A stretch of DNA of 39,645 nucleotides from an uncultured Nitrososphaerota archaeon. GTDB lineage: Archaea; Korarchaeota; Korarchaeia; Korarchaeales; Korarchaeaceae. The stretch lies in the NCBI GenBank assembly GCA_964594835.1, contig CAZQNA010000001.1, positions 257,089 to 296,733 of the forward strand. Reading direction: 5' to 3'. The notes beneath the pieces were generated by a model, which was given only the letters and a program-made list of their open reading frames with translations, did no database searches and was not told the DNA's origin. Shown here one piece after another: positions 1-7,930 of the stretch. The position numbers and the translations under genes were made by a program. Position 1 is the first letter of the stretch; every line of letters begins with the position of its first letter.

Positions 1-723
1 CCAAGGACGACCTCTCCGCCTCACACGACCTCTCAGCCGGTAACCACGGCCCCGCCCCAGACCACCCATCCTCCTGAGACGACCAGCCCCCCGCAGACCA
101 CCCAGCCTCCCGAGGCCCCCCCTTCGGTGCACCTCGCCCGGGAGAGCACGGTCTGCGAGCTCGTGAAGTCGGCTCCAGAGAGGGGGTGGAGGTACGAGGA
201 CTCCAACGGCACGTGGCTCGAGGTGAGCTACTCGGTCAAGGGTAGGGAGGATGTGGGCGGCGTGCAGGCTTTGAAGCTCGAGATAACGGGGAGGGGAAGC
301 GACGCCGAGGAGCAGACCGGGTACTTCTGGATGGACACCACCACCTGCCGGATAGTTCAGATCAAGCTGCCCGACGGCACCGTGCTCACCGGCACGCTGG
401 CCGATCAGGCGGGCACTCCGATGCTCCAGTCGGTCCTGATGCCCATCCTGACCTCGGAGGGGATAGCTGCTGAAGTCCTGTCCGCGGAGCAGGCGGGGTG
501 GCAGGTATCTTGGAGCGACCTGGGGGTCAAGAGCTTGGCCGGCCGGAGCCTCCACGTCGTGAGGTTCGTGGCCATCCCTCTCCCTGGGAGCGAGGAGTAC
601 GGGTACGTCTCCAGGGTAACCGCCGAGGTTGGCAACCTCGGAGGGGACCTCTGGACGGTGACCTACCTGAAGACCGAGTACACCGGCGGAGGGTGGGTAG
701 AGCTCAGGTTGACCGAGCTCTGA
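1..723 (+). CDS. 5'-truncated hypothetical surface protein with Pro/Thr-rich linker
   Basis: The frame of ORF 127..723 is open back to base 1 and reads PRTTSPPHTTSQPVTTAPPQTTHPPETTSPPQTTQPPEAPPSV before a globular-looking domain; the true start lies outside the window. Confidence 0.75.
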   Translation, partial: PRTTSPPHTTSQPVTTAPPQTTHPPETTSPPQTTQPPEAPPSVHLARESTVCELVKSAPERGWRYEDSNGTWLEVSYSVKGREDVGGVQALKLEITGRGSDAEEQTGYFWMDTTTCRIVQIKLPDGTVLTGTLADQAGTPMLQSVLMPILTSEGIAAEVLSAEQAGWQVSWSDLGVKSLAGRSLHVVRFVAIPLPGSEEYGYVSRVTAEVGNLGGDLWTVTYLKTEYTGGGWVELRLTEL

Positions 724-746
724 GCCCCCACCATCCACTATTTTTG
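724..746 (+). terminator. Putative archaeal terminator (C-rich + oligo-T)
   Basis: CCCCCACCATCCACTATTTTT directly after the stop; the same CCACTATTTTT occurs at 10995-11005. It may also serve as the TATA region for the gene at 770. Confidence 0.4.
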
Positions 747-769
747 ATGGAGGCCCGGGGGTTTCCTAG

Positions 770-1246
770 ATGGCCTCCCTCTCCGAGAGGCTGAGGCAGG
801 AACTCTGGGGTAAGAGGGTGATCGTCCTCTGCCTCGGGTCTGACCTGAGGGGGGACGACGCCGCAGGGCTCATGGTCTGCGATCAGCTGTCTGAGAGGGG
901 CCTATCTGATCTTGTCATAAGGGCAGGACTGCTGCCGGAGGCGTACATCCCGGAGCTGAGGAGGAGACGGGCGGAGGTCGTCCTGATGGTCGACGCCATC
1001 GACGCAGGGCTCCCACCGGGATCCGTAGTGCTGGCTGAGCCCCCCTTCCGGGAGGCCGCGCCGGCGACCACGACCCACGGCCTCCCGCTCGACGCGGTGG
1101 CGGCCCTCATTCAGGGCGAGATCTCGGACGTCAGGGTGCTCCTCCTGGGAATTCAGATAGCTCAAACCGAGGTCGGGTCATCAGTCTCTCCCCCTGTGTC
1201 TAAGTCAGCTCGTCTGGTGGCCGATCTCATCTCTCAAGCCCTTTAG
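770..1246 (+). CDS. hycI: [NiFe]-hydrogenase maturation endopeptidase (HycI/HybD family)
   Basis: Motifs LGSDLRGDDAAG, PE, VDAID and TTHGLPL; lies next to a hydrogenase large subunit with a C-terminal extension. Confidence 0.92.
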   Translation: MASLSERLRQELWGKRVIVLCLGSDLRGDDAAGLMVCDQLSERGLSDLVIRAGLLPEAYIPELRRRRAEVVLMVDAIDAGLPPGSVVLAEPPFREAAPATTTHGLPLDAVAALIQGEISDVRVLLLGIQIAQTEVGSSVSPPVSKSARLVADLISQAL

Positions 1247-1379
1247 AAGAGGAATTTTTCGATACTGTTAAATTATTTTACTGACTCCTCCAGCACGCCC
1301 TGGGGCGGATATTCACAAACAATTTTGTTCAAACTATAGAGCTATATTTAACGCAGAAAAGGAATAAAATCCATATCCT

Positions 1380-1394
1380 GAAAAATTTTTATTC
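1380..1394 (+). promoter_or_regulatory. BRE/TATA promoter of operon 1
   Basis: GAAAAATTTTTATT about 30-40 nt upstream of ATG 1425 in a strongly AT-rich intergenic region; overlapped by inverted repeat GGAATAAAA (1361-1369) / TTTTATTCC (1387-1395). Confidence 0.6.
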
Positions 1395-1424
1395 CACTTT
1401 CGGTCACCTAAACCGGGGTCCCCG

Positions 1425-1739
1425 ATGATAGACCCGTTCGTGGCGTTCTTCGTGGCGCTGATAGGGCTGACGATCTTCTTCACGGCCTCAGGCAAGTGGG
1501 CACCCTCGAGACCGTCCGAGATGAAGGAGGAGGTCTACGCCTGCGGTGAGAGAGGGGAGCCCCTCGAGGGTGGCGCCATAAGCATAAGCTTCTCCGAGTA
1601 CCTCGCGTACTTCGCCCTGCTGGAGATGGCCCCCCTCCTCCTCGCCCTCGCGGCCTTCTCCGGCGTCCTGAATCCGCTGATCCTCTTTGTGTACGCCATT
1701 CTCGCGGCGATAGCCAGCGCGATAGTCTCGTGGAGGTGA
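1425..1739 (+). CDS. NuoA-like membrane subunit of hydrogenase complex
   Basis: 104 aa, three hydrophobic segments, loop KEEVYACGE matching NuoA YECG; first gene of the operon. Confidence 0.8.
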   Translation: MIDPFVAFFVALIGLTIFFTASGKWAPSRPSEMKEEVYACGERGEPLEGGAISISFSEYLAYFALLEMAPLLLALAAFSGVLNPLILFVYAILAAIASAIVSWR

Positions 1740-2218
1740 TGGGCGTGAGCAGCGTGACGGAGAGGCTGGTGCCGTGGTGCAGGACCAGGTCCCCCTGGAT
1801 ACTCCACTTCAACTCCGGGGCGTGCAACGGATGCGACATAGAGCTCGTGGCCGCCCTGACCCCGAGGTACGACGTCGAGAGGTTTGGCATCCTCCTGAAG
1901 CCGTCCCCCAGGCACGCGGACATACTGGTGGTGACCGGCCCGGTCACGAGGCAGCAGAGGGAGAGGCTCGTCAGGATCTACGAGCAGATGCCGGAGCCCA
2001 AGGTGGTCGTGGCCCTGGGCGCCTGCGGGGGGAGCAGCGGGGTGTTCGCGGGCGGGTACTCCGTAGAGGACGGCGGGACCGACCGGGTGATCCCTGTGGA
2101 CGTGTACGTCCCTGGCTGCCCGCCCAAGCCCGAGGCCATAATCCTGGGGATTGCCAGGGCGATTGAGCTGCTGAGCCAGAAGGGCCTCAGAGGGGGAGGT
2201 GAGGGGGTTGAGCGGTGA
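1739..2218 (+). CDS. Group 4 [NiFe]-hydrogenase small subunit (NuoB/EchC/MbhJ-like)
   Basis: SGACNGCDIE (CxxC), PRHADIL, GACG, VPGCPPKPE. Start uncertain (1730/1739/1745). Confidence 0.93.
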   Translation: MGVSSVTERLVPWCRTRSPWILHFNSGACNGCDIELVAALTPRYDVERFGILLKPSPRHADILVVTGPVTRQQRERLVRIYEQMPEPKVVVALGACGGSSGVFAGGYSVEDGGTDRVIPVDVYVPGCPPKPEAIILGIARAIELLSQKGLRGGGEGVER

Positions 2219-2651
2219 GAGCCTGGCGGAGCTTGTCCCCTGGGCGGAGGAGGTCGTTGAGGAGAGGCGCGGGATGATCGGGATCAGGGTACCAAGGGAG
2301 AGGCTGAGGGACACGTTCTCCGCCCTGAAGCGGGCCTACGGAATGGTCCAGGTCTCCATGATAACGGGTACGGACATGGGGGACAGGTTCGAGCTGGCCT
2401 ACTTCGTCTGGCTCCACGTCCGCAAGCTGTACGTGGTCCTGAGGACCTCCTGCCCAAGGGACTCGCCCGAGGTCGACACGCTCGTTGACTTGATCCCCGG
2501 CATACACGTCTACGAGAACGAGGTGTACGACCTGCTGGGGGTGAACTTCAGGGGCAACGACGGACTGGTGAGCCCGTTCCTGAAGCCAGAGACCATGAGG
2601 CCCGACGAGTATCCGCTCAGGAGGGACTGGGGGAGGGGTGACGCGAAGTGA
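2199..2651 (+). CDS. NuoC-like subunit (EchD/MbhK-like)
   Basis: ITGTD, YENEVYDLLGVNFRG, YPLRRDW; start may be TTG 2208. Confidence 0.9.
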   Translation: MRGLSGESLAELVPWAEEVVEERRGMIGIRVPRERLRDTFSALKRAYGMVQVSMITGTDMGDRFELAYFVWLHVRKLYVVLRTSCPRDSPEVDTLVDLIPGIHVYENEVYDLLGVNFRGNDGLVSPFLKPETMRPDEYPLRRDWGRGDAK

Positions 2652-3811
2652 GAGTGGTGGTCCCGTTCGGCCCGCACCATCCGGCCCTGCACGAGCCGGA
2701 GCACTTCACCTTCGAGGTCGACGGCGAGGTCGTGGTGGCGGTGAGGCCCAGGATCGGATACGTCCACAGGGGGATCGAGAAGCTGGCCGAGGGCAAGACC
2801 TGGATCCAGAACCAGTACCTCGTCGAGAGGGTCTGCGGCATCTGCAACGTGTCCCACACCCTGTGCTACGTCGAGGCGGTCGAGGACCTGTCCGGACTGG
2901 AGCCCCCGAGGAGGGCGAGGTACCTGAGGCTGGTGGCCCACGAGCTCAACAGGCTCCACAGTCACCTGCTGTGGCTCGGCGTGATGGCCGAGCTGATGGG
3001 GTTCCACACGGTCTTCATGTACACCTGGAGGGACCGCGAGCTAGTCATGGACCTGATGGAGGAGCTCACTGGAAACAGGCTCCTCTCCGCTTACAACAAG
3101 GTGGGAGGAGTGTCCAGAGACGTCAGCGATGCCTTCGTCGGCAGCCTCCTGAGGGCGCTGGACAGGCTCGACGAGAGGTTCAGGTTCTACCTCCGCGTCG
3201 CCCAGGATGACCCGACGATCCTCGCGAGGACCCAGGGTGTGGGAACCCTCGACAGGGAGTCTGCAGTCAGGTACTGCGTCGTGGGCCCCGTGGCTAGGGC
3301 CTCCGGCCTCAGCTGGGACGTCAGGGTGGACAGGCCCTACGCCGCCTACGATGAGGTCCCCTACAGGATAGTCACCAGGACGGAGGGGGACGTCTGGGCC
3401 AGACTGATGGTGAGGGTGGAGGAGCTGCTTGCGGCCTCGGAGGCGATCAGGCACGCCGTCACCCACCTCCCCGAAGGCCCGATCAGGTACGCGGCACCGC
3501 GCAAGATGCCGGAGGGGGAGGGCGTCGGGGTGATAGAGGCCCCTAGGGGGGAGCTGCTGTATCACGTGATCAGCGACGGGAGGGACAGGCCGTACAGGCT
3601 GAAGATCAGGACTCCGACCCTCGCCAACATAACGGCCGCGTGCGAGGCCTTCGTCGGGAGCTCGATAGCCGACATACCGATGATCCTAGGGAGCATAGAC
3701 CCCTGCTTCTCCTGCATGGACAGGCTCGCGTTCGTGGACGTGTCCAGGGGCAGGAGGTGGATCATGACCCCGCTTGAGATCCAGAGGGAGTACGGGAGGT
3801 GGGTGAGTTGA
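2648..3811 (+). CDS. Group 4 [NiFe]-hydrogenase large subunit
   Basis: GPHHPAL, L1 motif ERVCGICNVSH, EAPRGE, L2 motif DPCFSCMDR followed by a C-terminal extension. Confidence 0.95.
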   Translation: MRVVVPFGPHHPALHEPEHFTFEVDGEVVVAVRPRIGYVHRGIEKLAEGKTWIQNQYLVERVCGICNVSHTLCYVEAVEDLSGLEPPRRARYLRLVAHELNRLHSHLLWLGVMAELMGFHTVFMYTWRDRELVMDLMEELTGNRLLSAYNKVGGVSRDVSDAFVGSLLRALDRLDERFRFYLRVAQDDPTILARTQGVGTLDRESAVRYCVVGPVARASGLSWDVRVDRPYAAYDEVPYRIVTRTEGDVWARLMVRVEELLAASEAIRHAVTHLPEGPIRYAAPRKMPEGEGVGVIEAPRGELLYHVISDGRDRPYRLKIRTPTLANITAACEAFVGSSIADIPMILGSIDPCFSCMDRLAFVDVSRGRRWIMTPLEIQREYGRWVS

Positions 3812-4791
3812 CGCTGGTCGAGGTGCTGACGCTCCTGTTCAAGCTGACCGTCTTCCCGGGATTCCTCTTCCTGTTCGTGGGGTCCCTGCTCACGGAGTGG
3901 TACAAGCGGAAGATCGTGGCGAGGATGGAGAACAGGATGGGCCCGGCCTACACGGGCCCGGCCGGCATGCTCCAGCCCCTCGCCGACTTCTTCAAGCTCC
4001 TGACTAAGGAGGAGATCATCCCAAGGGGGGCGGACGCGCTCGCCCTCAGGGCGGCCCCGCTCCTGACCTCGGCCTGCTTCATCTTCGCCCTCTACTTCAT
4101 CCCCGTCACGGGGCGGGCCCTGGTGGACCCGCCGGCGGGGCTCCTCATAGTCCTCCTGATAACGGCCATGGCCTCTGGCACCATGTACGCCATGGGGTGG
4201 GCCAGCGCCAACCCCTACGGCGCAATCGGCGCGGTGAGGGTCCTGTCCCAGGTCCTGGGGTTCGACATCCCCCTCTTCGTCCTGTCGCTCGTCCCGGCCC
4301 TCATCACGGGTAGCCTGTCTGTCACTGAGATCTCCAGCCGGATCCTTCCCACCCTGGCCGAGAGGCCGTGGCTGATCCCGCTCTGGCTTGCCTCGCTCGC
4401 CCTCTACCTGATCGCTATGCAGGGCGAGATAGAGGAGAATCCATTCAACATACCGGACGCGGAGCAGGAGATCGTCGCCGGCTACTTCACGGAGCTCAGC
4501 GGGAGGAACCTGGCGTTCTTCGACCTGGCCAGGGACTCTCAGTTCCTCTTCCTCTGCGCCATCGCCTCCACCCTGTACCTCGGGGGACCGCACCCGCTCT
4601 TGGACCCATACGGGATCTCAGCCGTGGCGCTGACCCTCGGCAAGACGCTCCTCGTCATAACGGTCTCCATGCTGATCAAGGCTACCAGCGCCAGGATCAG
4701 GCTCGATCAGGCGATCTCAAACTTCTGGAGGGTGGGTGTGCCCCTCTCGCTCCTGATACTGGCCGTGTCCGCTGTGGTGGGGGGTGCGTGA
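3808..4791 (+). CDS. NuoH-like membrane anchor (MbhM/EchB/HycD family)
   Basis: RKIVARMENRMGP, GMLQPLADFFKLLTKE, PFNIPDAEQEIVAGYFTELSG, RIRLDQ; TTG 3808 overlaps the upstream stop (alternative GTG 3799). Confidence 0.93.
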   Translation: MTLVEVLTLLFKLTVFPGFLFLFVGSLLTEWYKRKIVARMENRMGPAYTGPAGMLQPLADFFKLLTKEEIIPRGADALALRAAPLLTSACFIFALYFIPVTGRALVDPPAGLLIVLLITAMASGTMYAMGWASANPYGAIGAVRVLSQVLGFDIPLFVLSLVPALITGSLSVTEISSRILPTLAERPWLIPLWLASLALYLIAMQGEIEENPFNIPDAEQEIVAGYFTELSGRNLAFFDLARDSQFLFLCAIASTLYLGGPHPLLDPYGISAVALTLGKTLLVITVSMLIKATSARIRLDQAISNFWRVGVPLSLLILAVSAVVGGA

Positions 4792-4792
4792 G

Positions 4793-5248
4793 ATGGAGGT
4801 CCCGCGGCTGCTACGCGAGGTGTGCTCAAGCCTCTTCAGGAGGCCCGCGACCCTCCAGTACCCCATGGAGAGGAGGAGCCCGCCGCCCGGGTACAAGGGC
4901 GTCCACAGCCACCTCGCCGAGAGGTGCATAGGGTGCGGGCTTTGCGCCATCGACTGCCCCACGGGCGCCATAGAGATGGTGATGTACCCGGAGGCCAAGA
5001 GGAAGCTCCCCGTCGTACACCTGGAGAGGTGCATCTTCTGCTACCAGTGCGCCGAGTCCTGCCCTTACGACGCCTTCTCCCCCACCTCCCTCTTCGAGAT
5101 CGCCGTCAGGCTCGGAACCCCCGAGGAGGAGGCGCTAGTGGTCGCGCACCCCAAGGGCTCCGTGGGGCCCCTGAAGGAGAGGCCGAGGCCGAAGCCCCCG
5201 CTCCCGAGGCCCCCTGCGGGCGGGGCGGGAGGAGGTGAGAAGAGATGA
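4793..5248 (+). CDS. NuoI-like 2x[4Fe-4S] subunit
   Basis: TLQYP, CIGCGLCAIDCP and CIFCYQCAESCP; Pro/Gly-rich tail. Alternative start 4784. Confidence 0.93.
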   Translation: MEVPRLLREVCSSLFRRPATLQYPMERRSPPPGYKGVHSHLAERCIGCGLCAIDCPTGAIEMVMYPEAKRKLPVVHLERCIFCYQCAESCPYDAFSPTSLFEIAVRLGTPEEEALVVAHPKGSVGPLKERPRPKPPLPRPPAGGAGGGEKR

Positions 5249-5706
5249 CCCTGGTGGACGTCGTGGGGCTGGCCCTCGCGGTGGCCGGCTCGGGGCTCGC
5301 CATATACTCGCTCGAGAGCGTGAGCAACGTGAGGATAGTCTTCGCCGCGGCGGGGGCCCTCCTCTCCCTGTCCATAATGTACTGGGCGGTGGGCCTCTGG
5401 CCCCTTTCCCTCCTCCAGCTCGCCCTGGCAGCCTCGGACCTGGTCATCATAGCCCTCGGGTCCTCCACGCTCAACGAGGAGGTGAGGGCCTGGGAGAGGG
5501 GGTTCGCGGCGGCCATGGCCCTCCTGACTCTCACGATCCTCCTGCTCTCACTCCTTCCAACGGTGTCCGAGAGGGGGCCAGTCGCGAGGGTCATGATCCC
5601 GCTCTCACCGGAGATATCGCCGTACTTGCTGATGCACGGGCTCCTCCTGATCTCGGGGTCTCTCGCGCTCGCGGCCGCGCTGAGGCTGGGAGGTGAGGGT
5701 GAGTGA
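5245..5706 (+). CDS. Divergent NuoJ-like membrane subunit
   Basis: 153 aa, about five hydrophobic segments, positioned between the I- and K-like genes; motif conservation is weak (SLLQLAL aligns with NuoJ QxxVY). Confidence 0.65.
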   Translation: MTLVDVVGLALAVAGSGLAIYSLESVSNVRIVFAAAGALLSLSIMYWAVGLWPLSLLQLALAASDLVIIALGSSTLNEEVRAWERGFAAAMALLTLTILLLSLLPTVSERGPVARVMIPLSPEISPYLLMHGLLLISGSLALAAALRLGGEGE

Positions 5707-6014
5707 TACTGGAGGCCATCCTGTTCACCTCGATCGTGCTCATCAGCGCCGCGCTCTACGGGCTCATATCGAGGGACAACCCCGTCAAGCTGCTGGTGGC
5801 GTTTCAGCTCCTGGCGGCCGGGGGTGTGGGCGTCCTGGCCGCGCTCCTGGTGGGCTCCGAGAGCACGTTCTTCGTTCAGTCCGGTCAGACGCTCGCCGTG
5901 CTTCTGATAGCCACGGACCTCACGACGGAGGCCATACTGCTCGCGTCTCTCCTCACCATGGTCCGGAGGCTCGGGGTCAGGAGGCTGAACGAGCTGTCCA
6001 GCCTGAGGGGGTGA
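5703..6014 (+). CDS. NuoK-like membrane subunit
   Basis: 103 aa, three TM segments, LYGLISRDNPVKLLVAFQLL, TTEAIL and C-terminal LSSLRG typical of NuoK. Confidence 0.82.
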   Translation: MILEAILFTSIVLISAALYGLISRDNPVKLLVAFQLLAAGGVGVLAALLVGSESTFFVQSGQTLAVLLIATDLTTEAILLASLLTMVRRLGVRRLNELSSLRG

Positions 6015-7924
6015 TGGGCTTGAACCTCGGCGCGGCGTCCTGGATGTGCGTGCTGGTGCCCCTCGCGGCGTCTGGCGCTATCTTTGCGCTTGGGGCCATC
6101 GGACTCGCCAGGCGGAGGCTGGTCGAGGGAATCGCCTCAGGGGCGGCCCTGGCGGGGGCCAGCCTCGCGGCCTACCTGGCCGCCGCCTCGGCGGGCCTTG
6201 AGGGGCCCGTGACCTTCCCCGTGGATCTCGTGTCCCCAATCCTGACTCTGAACGGCCTCTTCAGCTTCCAGCTGTTTTTGGACCGCCTCTCAGCCGTGAT
6301 GACCTTCTTCGTCTCCGTGATCAGCGCGGCTATCGTGGTCTACTCGGTGGGCTACATGGGGGAGGACGAGGCCTACGTGAGGTACTACGGCCTGATGACG
6401 CTGTTCATAGGGTCCATGGTGGGGCTCGTGCTCTCGGGCAACCTCGTCCTGCTCTACCTGTTCTGGGAGGCCGTGGGGCTCTGCTCCTGCCTGCTCATCG
6501 CCCACTGGTGCGAGAGGCCCGAGGCCGCCAGGGCCGGGGTCAAGGCCTTCGCGGTCACCCGGTTCGGGGACTTCGCGCTGCTGACTGCGATATCGCTCCT
6601 CTACCTGAACCTGGGGTCTCTGGATTACCCGAGCCTCGCCGAGGGCATGGGCTCCCTCCCGCCCGGCCTCCTGAACCTCATACTCCTGCTGGCGCTGGGC
6701 GGCGCCGTGGGGAAGTCGGCCCAGCTCCCCCTGCACGTCTGGCTCCCGGACGCCATGGAGGGACCCACCTCCGTGAGCGCCCTCATCCACGCGGCCACCA
6801 TGGTGAAGGCCGGCGTCTACCTGGTGGCCAGGTTCGACGCGCTAGCGATTCTGTACGGAGGCGTCGCGGTCGACGCCATCTCCGGGTTCCTGAACGCGGT
6901 CCTCCTCGTCGGGTCCGTGACGGCCCTGGTCGCGGCGACGATGGCCGTCGTCGCCTACGACCTGAAGAGGGTGCTGGCCTACTCCACCATAAGCCAGCTG
7001 GGCTACATGTTCTCTGCCGTCGGCCTGACGCTGTACGCCGGGGCTCAGAGATCGCTCTGGTCCGCGCTCTACCACCTGACGAGCCACGCGGTCTTCAAGG
7101 CCCTCCTGTTCATGGCCGCCGGGGCGGTGATACACGCCGTCGGGACCAGGGACATGAGGGTGATGGGCGGGCTGGCGGACAGGATGCCCCTGACATTCCT
7201 GGGGTTCACCCTGGGCTCGCTGTCCCTGGCCGGGGTACCTCCGCTCAACGGCTTCTTCAGCAAGGACGCGGTGGTCGGCCTCGCGCTGGAGGCGGTCCAC
7301 GAGGCCCCCCTGCCGGCCGCGCTCCTCCTGGGAGGGGCGGCCATGACCGCCTTCTACATACTGAGGGCCCTCTACTTGACCTTCCTCGCCCCGCCCGGAG
7401 AGGCCTCGGGGCGCGCACACGAGGCCCCGATCACCATGACCGGGCCGGTGGCGTTCCTGACCCTCCTCACCCTCCTCTCCCCCGCCCTCTACGGGGCCCT
7501 CGCCGGTGGGGCCGAGGGGGTGAGGCACGCCCTCCACTTCACCCCGGCGCACGCTGCCGCATCGCTGTCGGCCGTTGGCTTGGGAATCTCGCTGGCCCTC
7601 GCGGCCTACTGGGCCAGGACAGGACCTTTGATGGCCGTCGCCGATACCTCCGTCGGCAGGGCGGTCAGGGAGGTCCTGGAGCGCGGCTACTACTTCGACG
7701 ACCTGTACGCCAACTTCCTGGTGCCCATAGTTAGGGGCCTGGCCCAGGAGCTGCTCGCCGGGCTGGACATGGCCATCGATGGCCTCGTCCAGATGGCGGG
7801 GGTCGGGGCGGGCAGGACGGCCGACCTCCTCAGGAGGGCCCACACCGGGAGGCTGACCCACTTCTTCGCCGCTTCCGTTCTGGGGATTCTCCTTCTCCTG
7901 ATAGCGTCCGTGCTGGGAGGTTGA
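6014..7924 (+). CDS. NuoL-like antiporter subunit with lateral helix
   Basis: ATG 6014 overlaps the upstream TGA; WEAVGLCS, TRFGD, GKSAQLPLHVWLPDAMEGPTSVSALIHAATMV, HAVFKALLF, GFFSKD, C-terminal GYYFDDLY..IDG..HTG. The N-terminal part of ORF 5693 is a shadow extension. Confidence 0.93.
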   Translation: MGLNLGAASWMCVLVPLAASGAIFALGAIGLARRRLVEGIASGAALAGASLAAYLAAASAGLEGPVTFPVDLVSPILTLNGLFSFQLFLDRLSAVMTFFVSVISAAIVVYSVGYMGEDEAYVRYYGLMTLFIGSMVGLVLSGNLVLLYLFWEAVGLCSCLLIAHWCERPEAARAGVKAFAVTRFGDFALLTAISLLYLNLGSLDYPSLAEGMGSLPPGLLNLILLLALGGAVGKSAQLPLHVWLPDAMEGPTSVSALIHAATMVKAGVYLVARFDALAILYGGVAVDAISGFLNAVLLVGSVTALVAATMAVVAYDLKRVLAYSTISQLGYMFSAVGLTLYAGAQRSLWSALYHLTSHAVFKALLFMAAGAVIHAVGTRDMRVMGGLADRMPLTFLGFTLGSLSLAGVPPLNGFFSKDAVVGLALEAVHEAPLPAALLLGGAAMTAFYILRALYLTFLAPPGEASGRAHEAPITMTGPVAFLTLLTLLSPALYGALAGGAEGVRHALHFTPAHAAASLSAVGLGISLALAAYWARTGPLMAVADTSVGRAVREVLERGYYFDDLYANFLVPIVRGLAQELLAGLDMAIDGLVQMAGVGAGRTADLLRRAHTGRLTHFFAASVLGILLLLIASVLGG

Positions 7925-7930
7925 TGGGAG

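Noticed and set aside
1247-1424. SurR boxes (GTT-N3-AAC) at either operon promoter
   Set aside because: Only partial matches (GTTCAAACT, GTTAAAATG); no exact site found by eye.
3690-3725. Possible selenocysteine ([NiFeSe]) ligand
   Set aside because: Both L2 cysteines are TGC codons and there is no in-frame TGA.
5693-6013. N-terminal extensions on ORFs 5693..7924, 12316..13710 and 14126..15259
   Set aside because: Each overlaps an upstream real gene; coupled ATG starts exist at 6014, 12541 and 14729.
6764-6804. 41-nt exact repeat shared with 18394-18434
   Set aside because: Both copies encode the conserved NuoL motif PTSVSALIHAATMV; protein conservation plus strong GC3 codon bias explains it. 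The YEQMPEPK match between the two B subunits has the same explanation.
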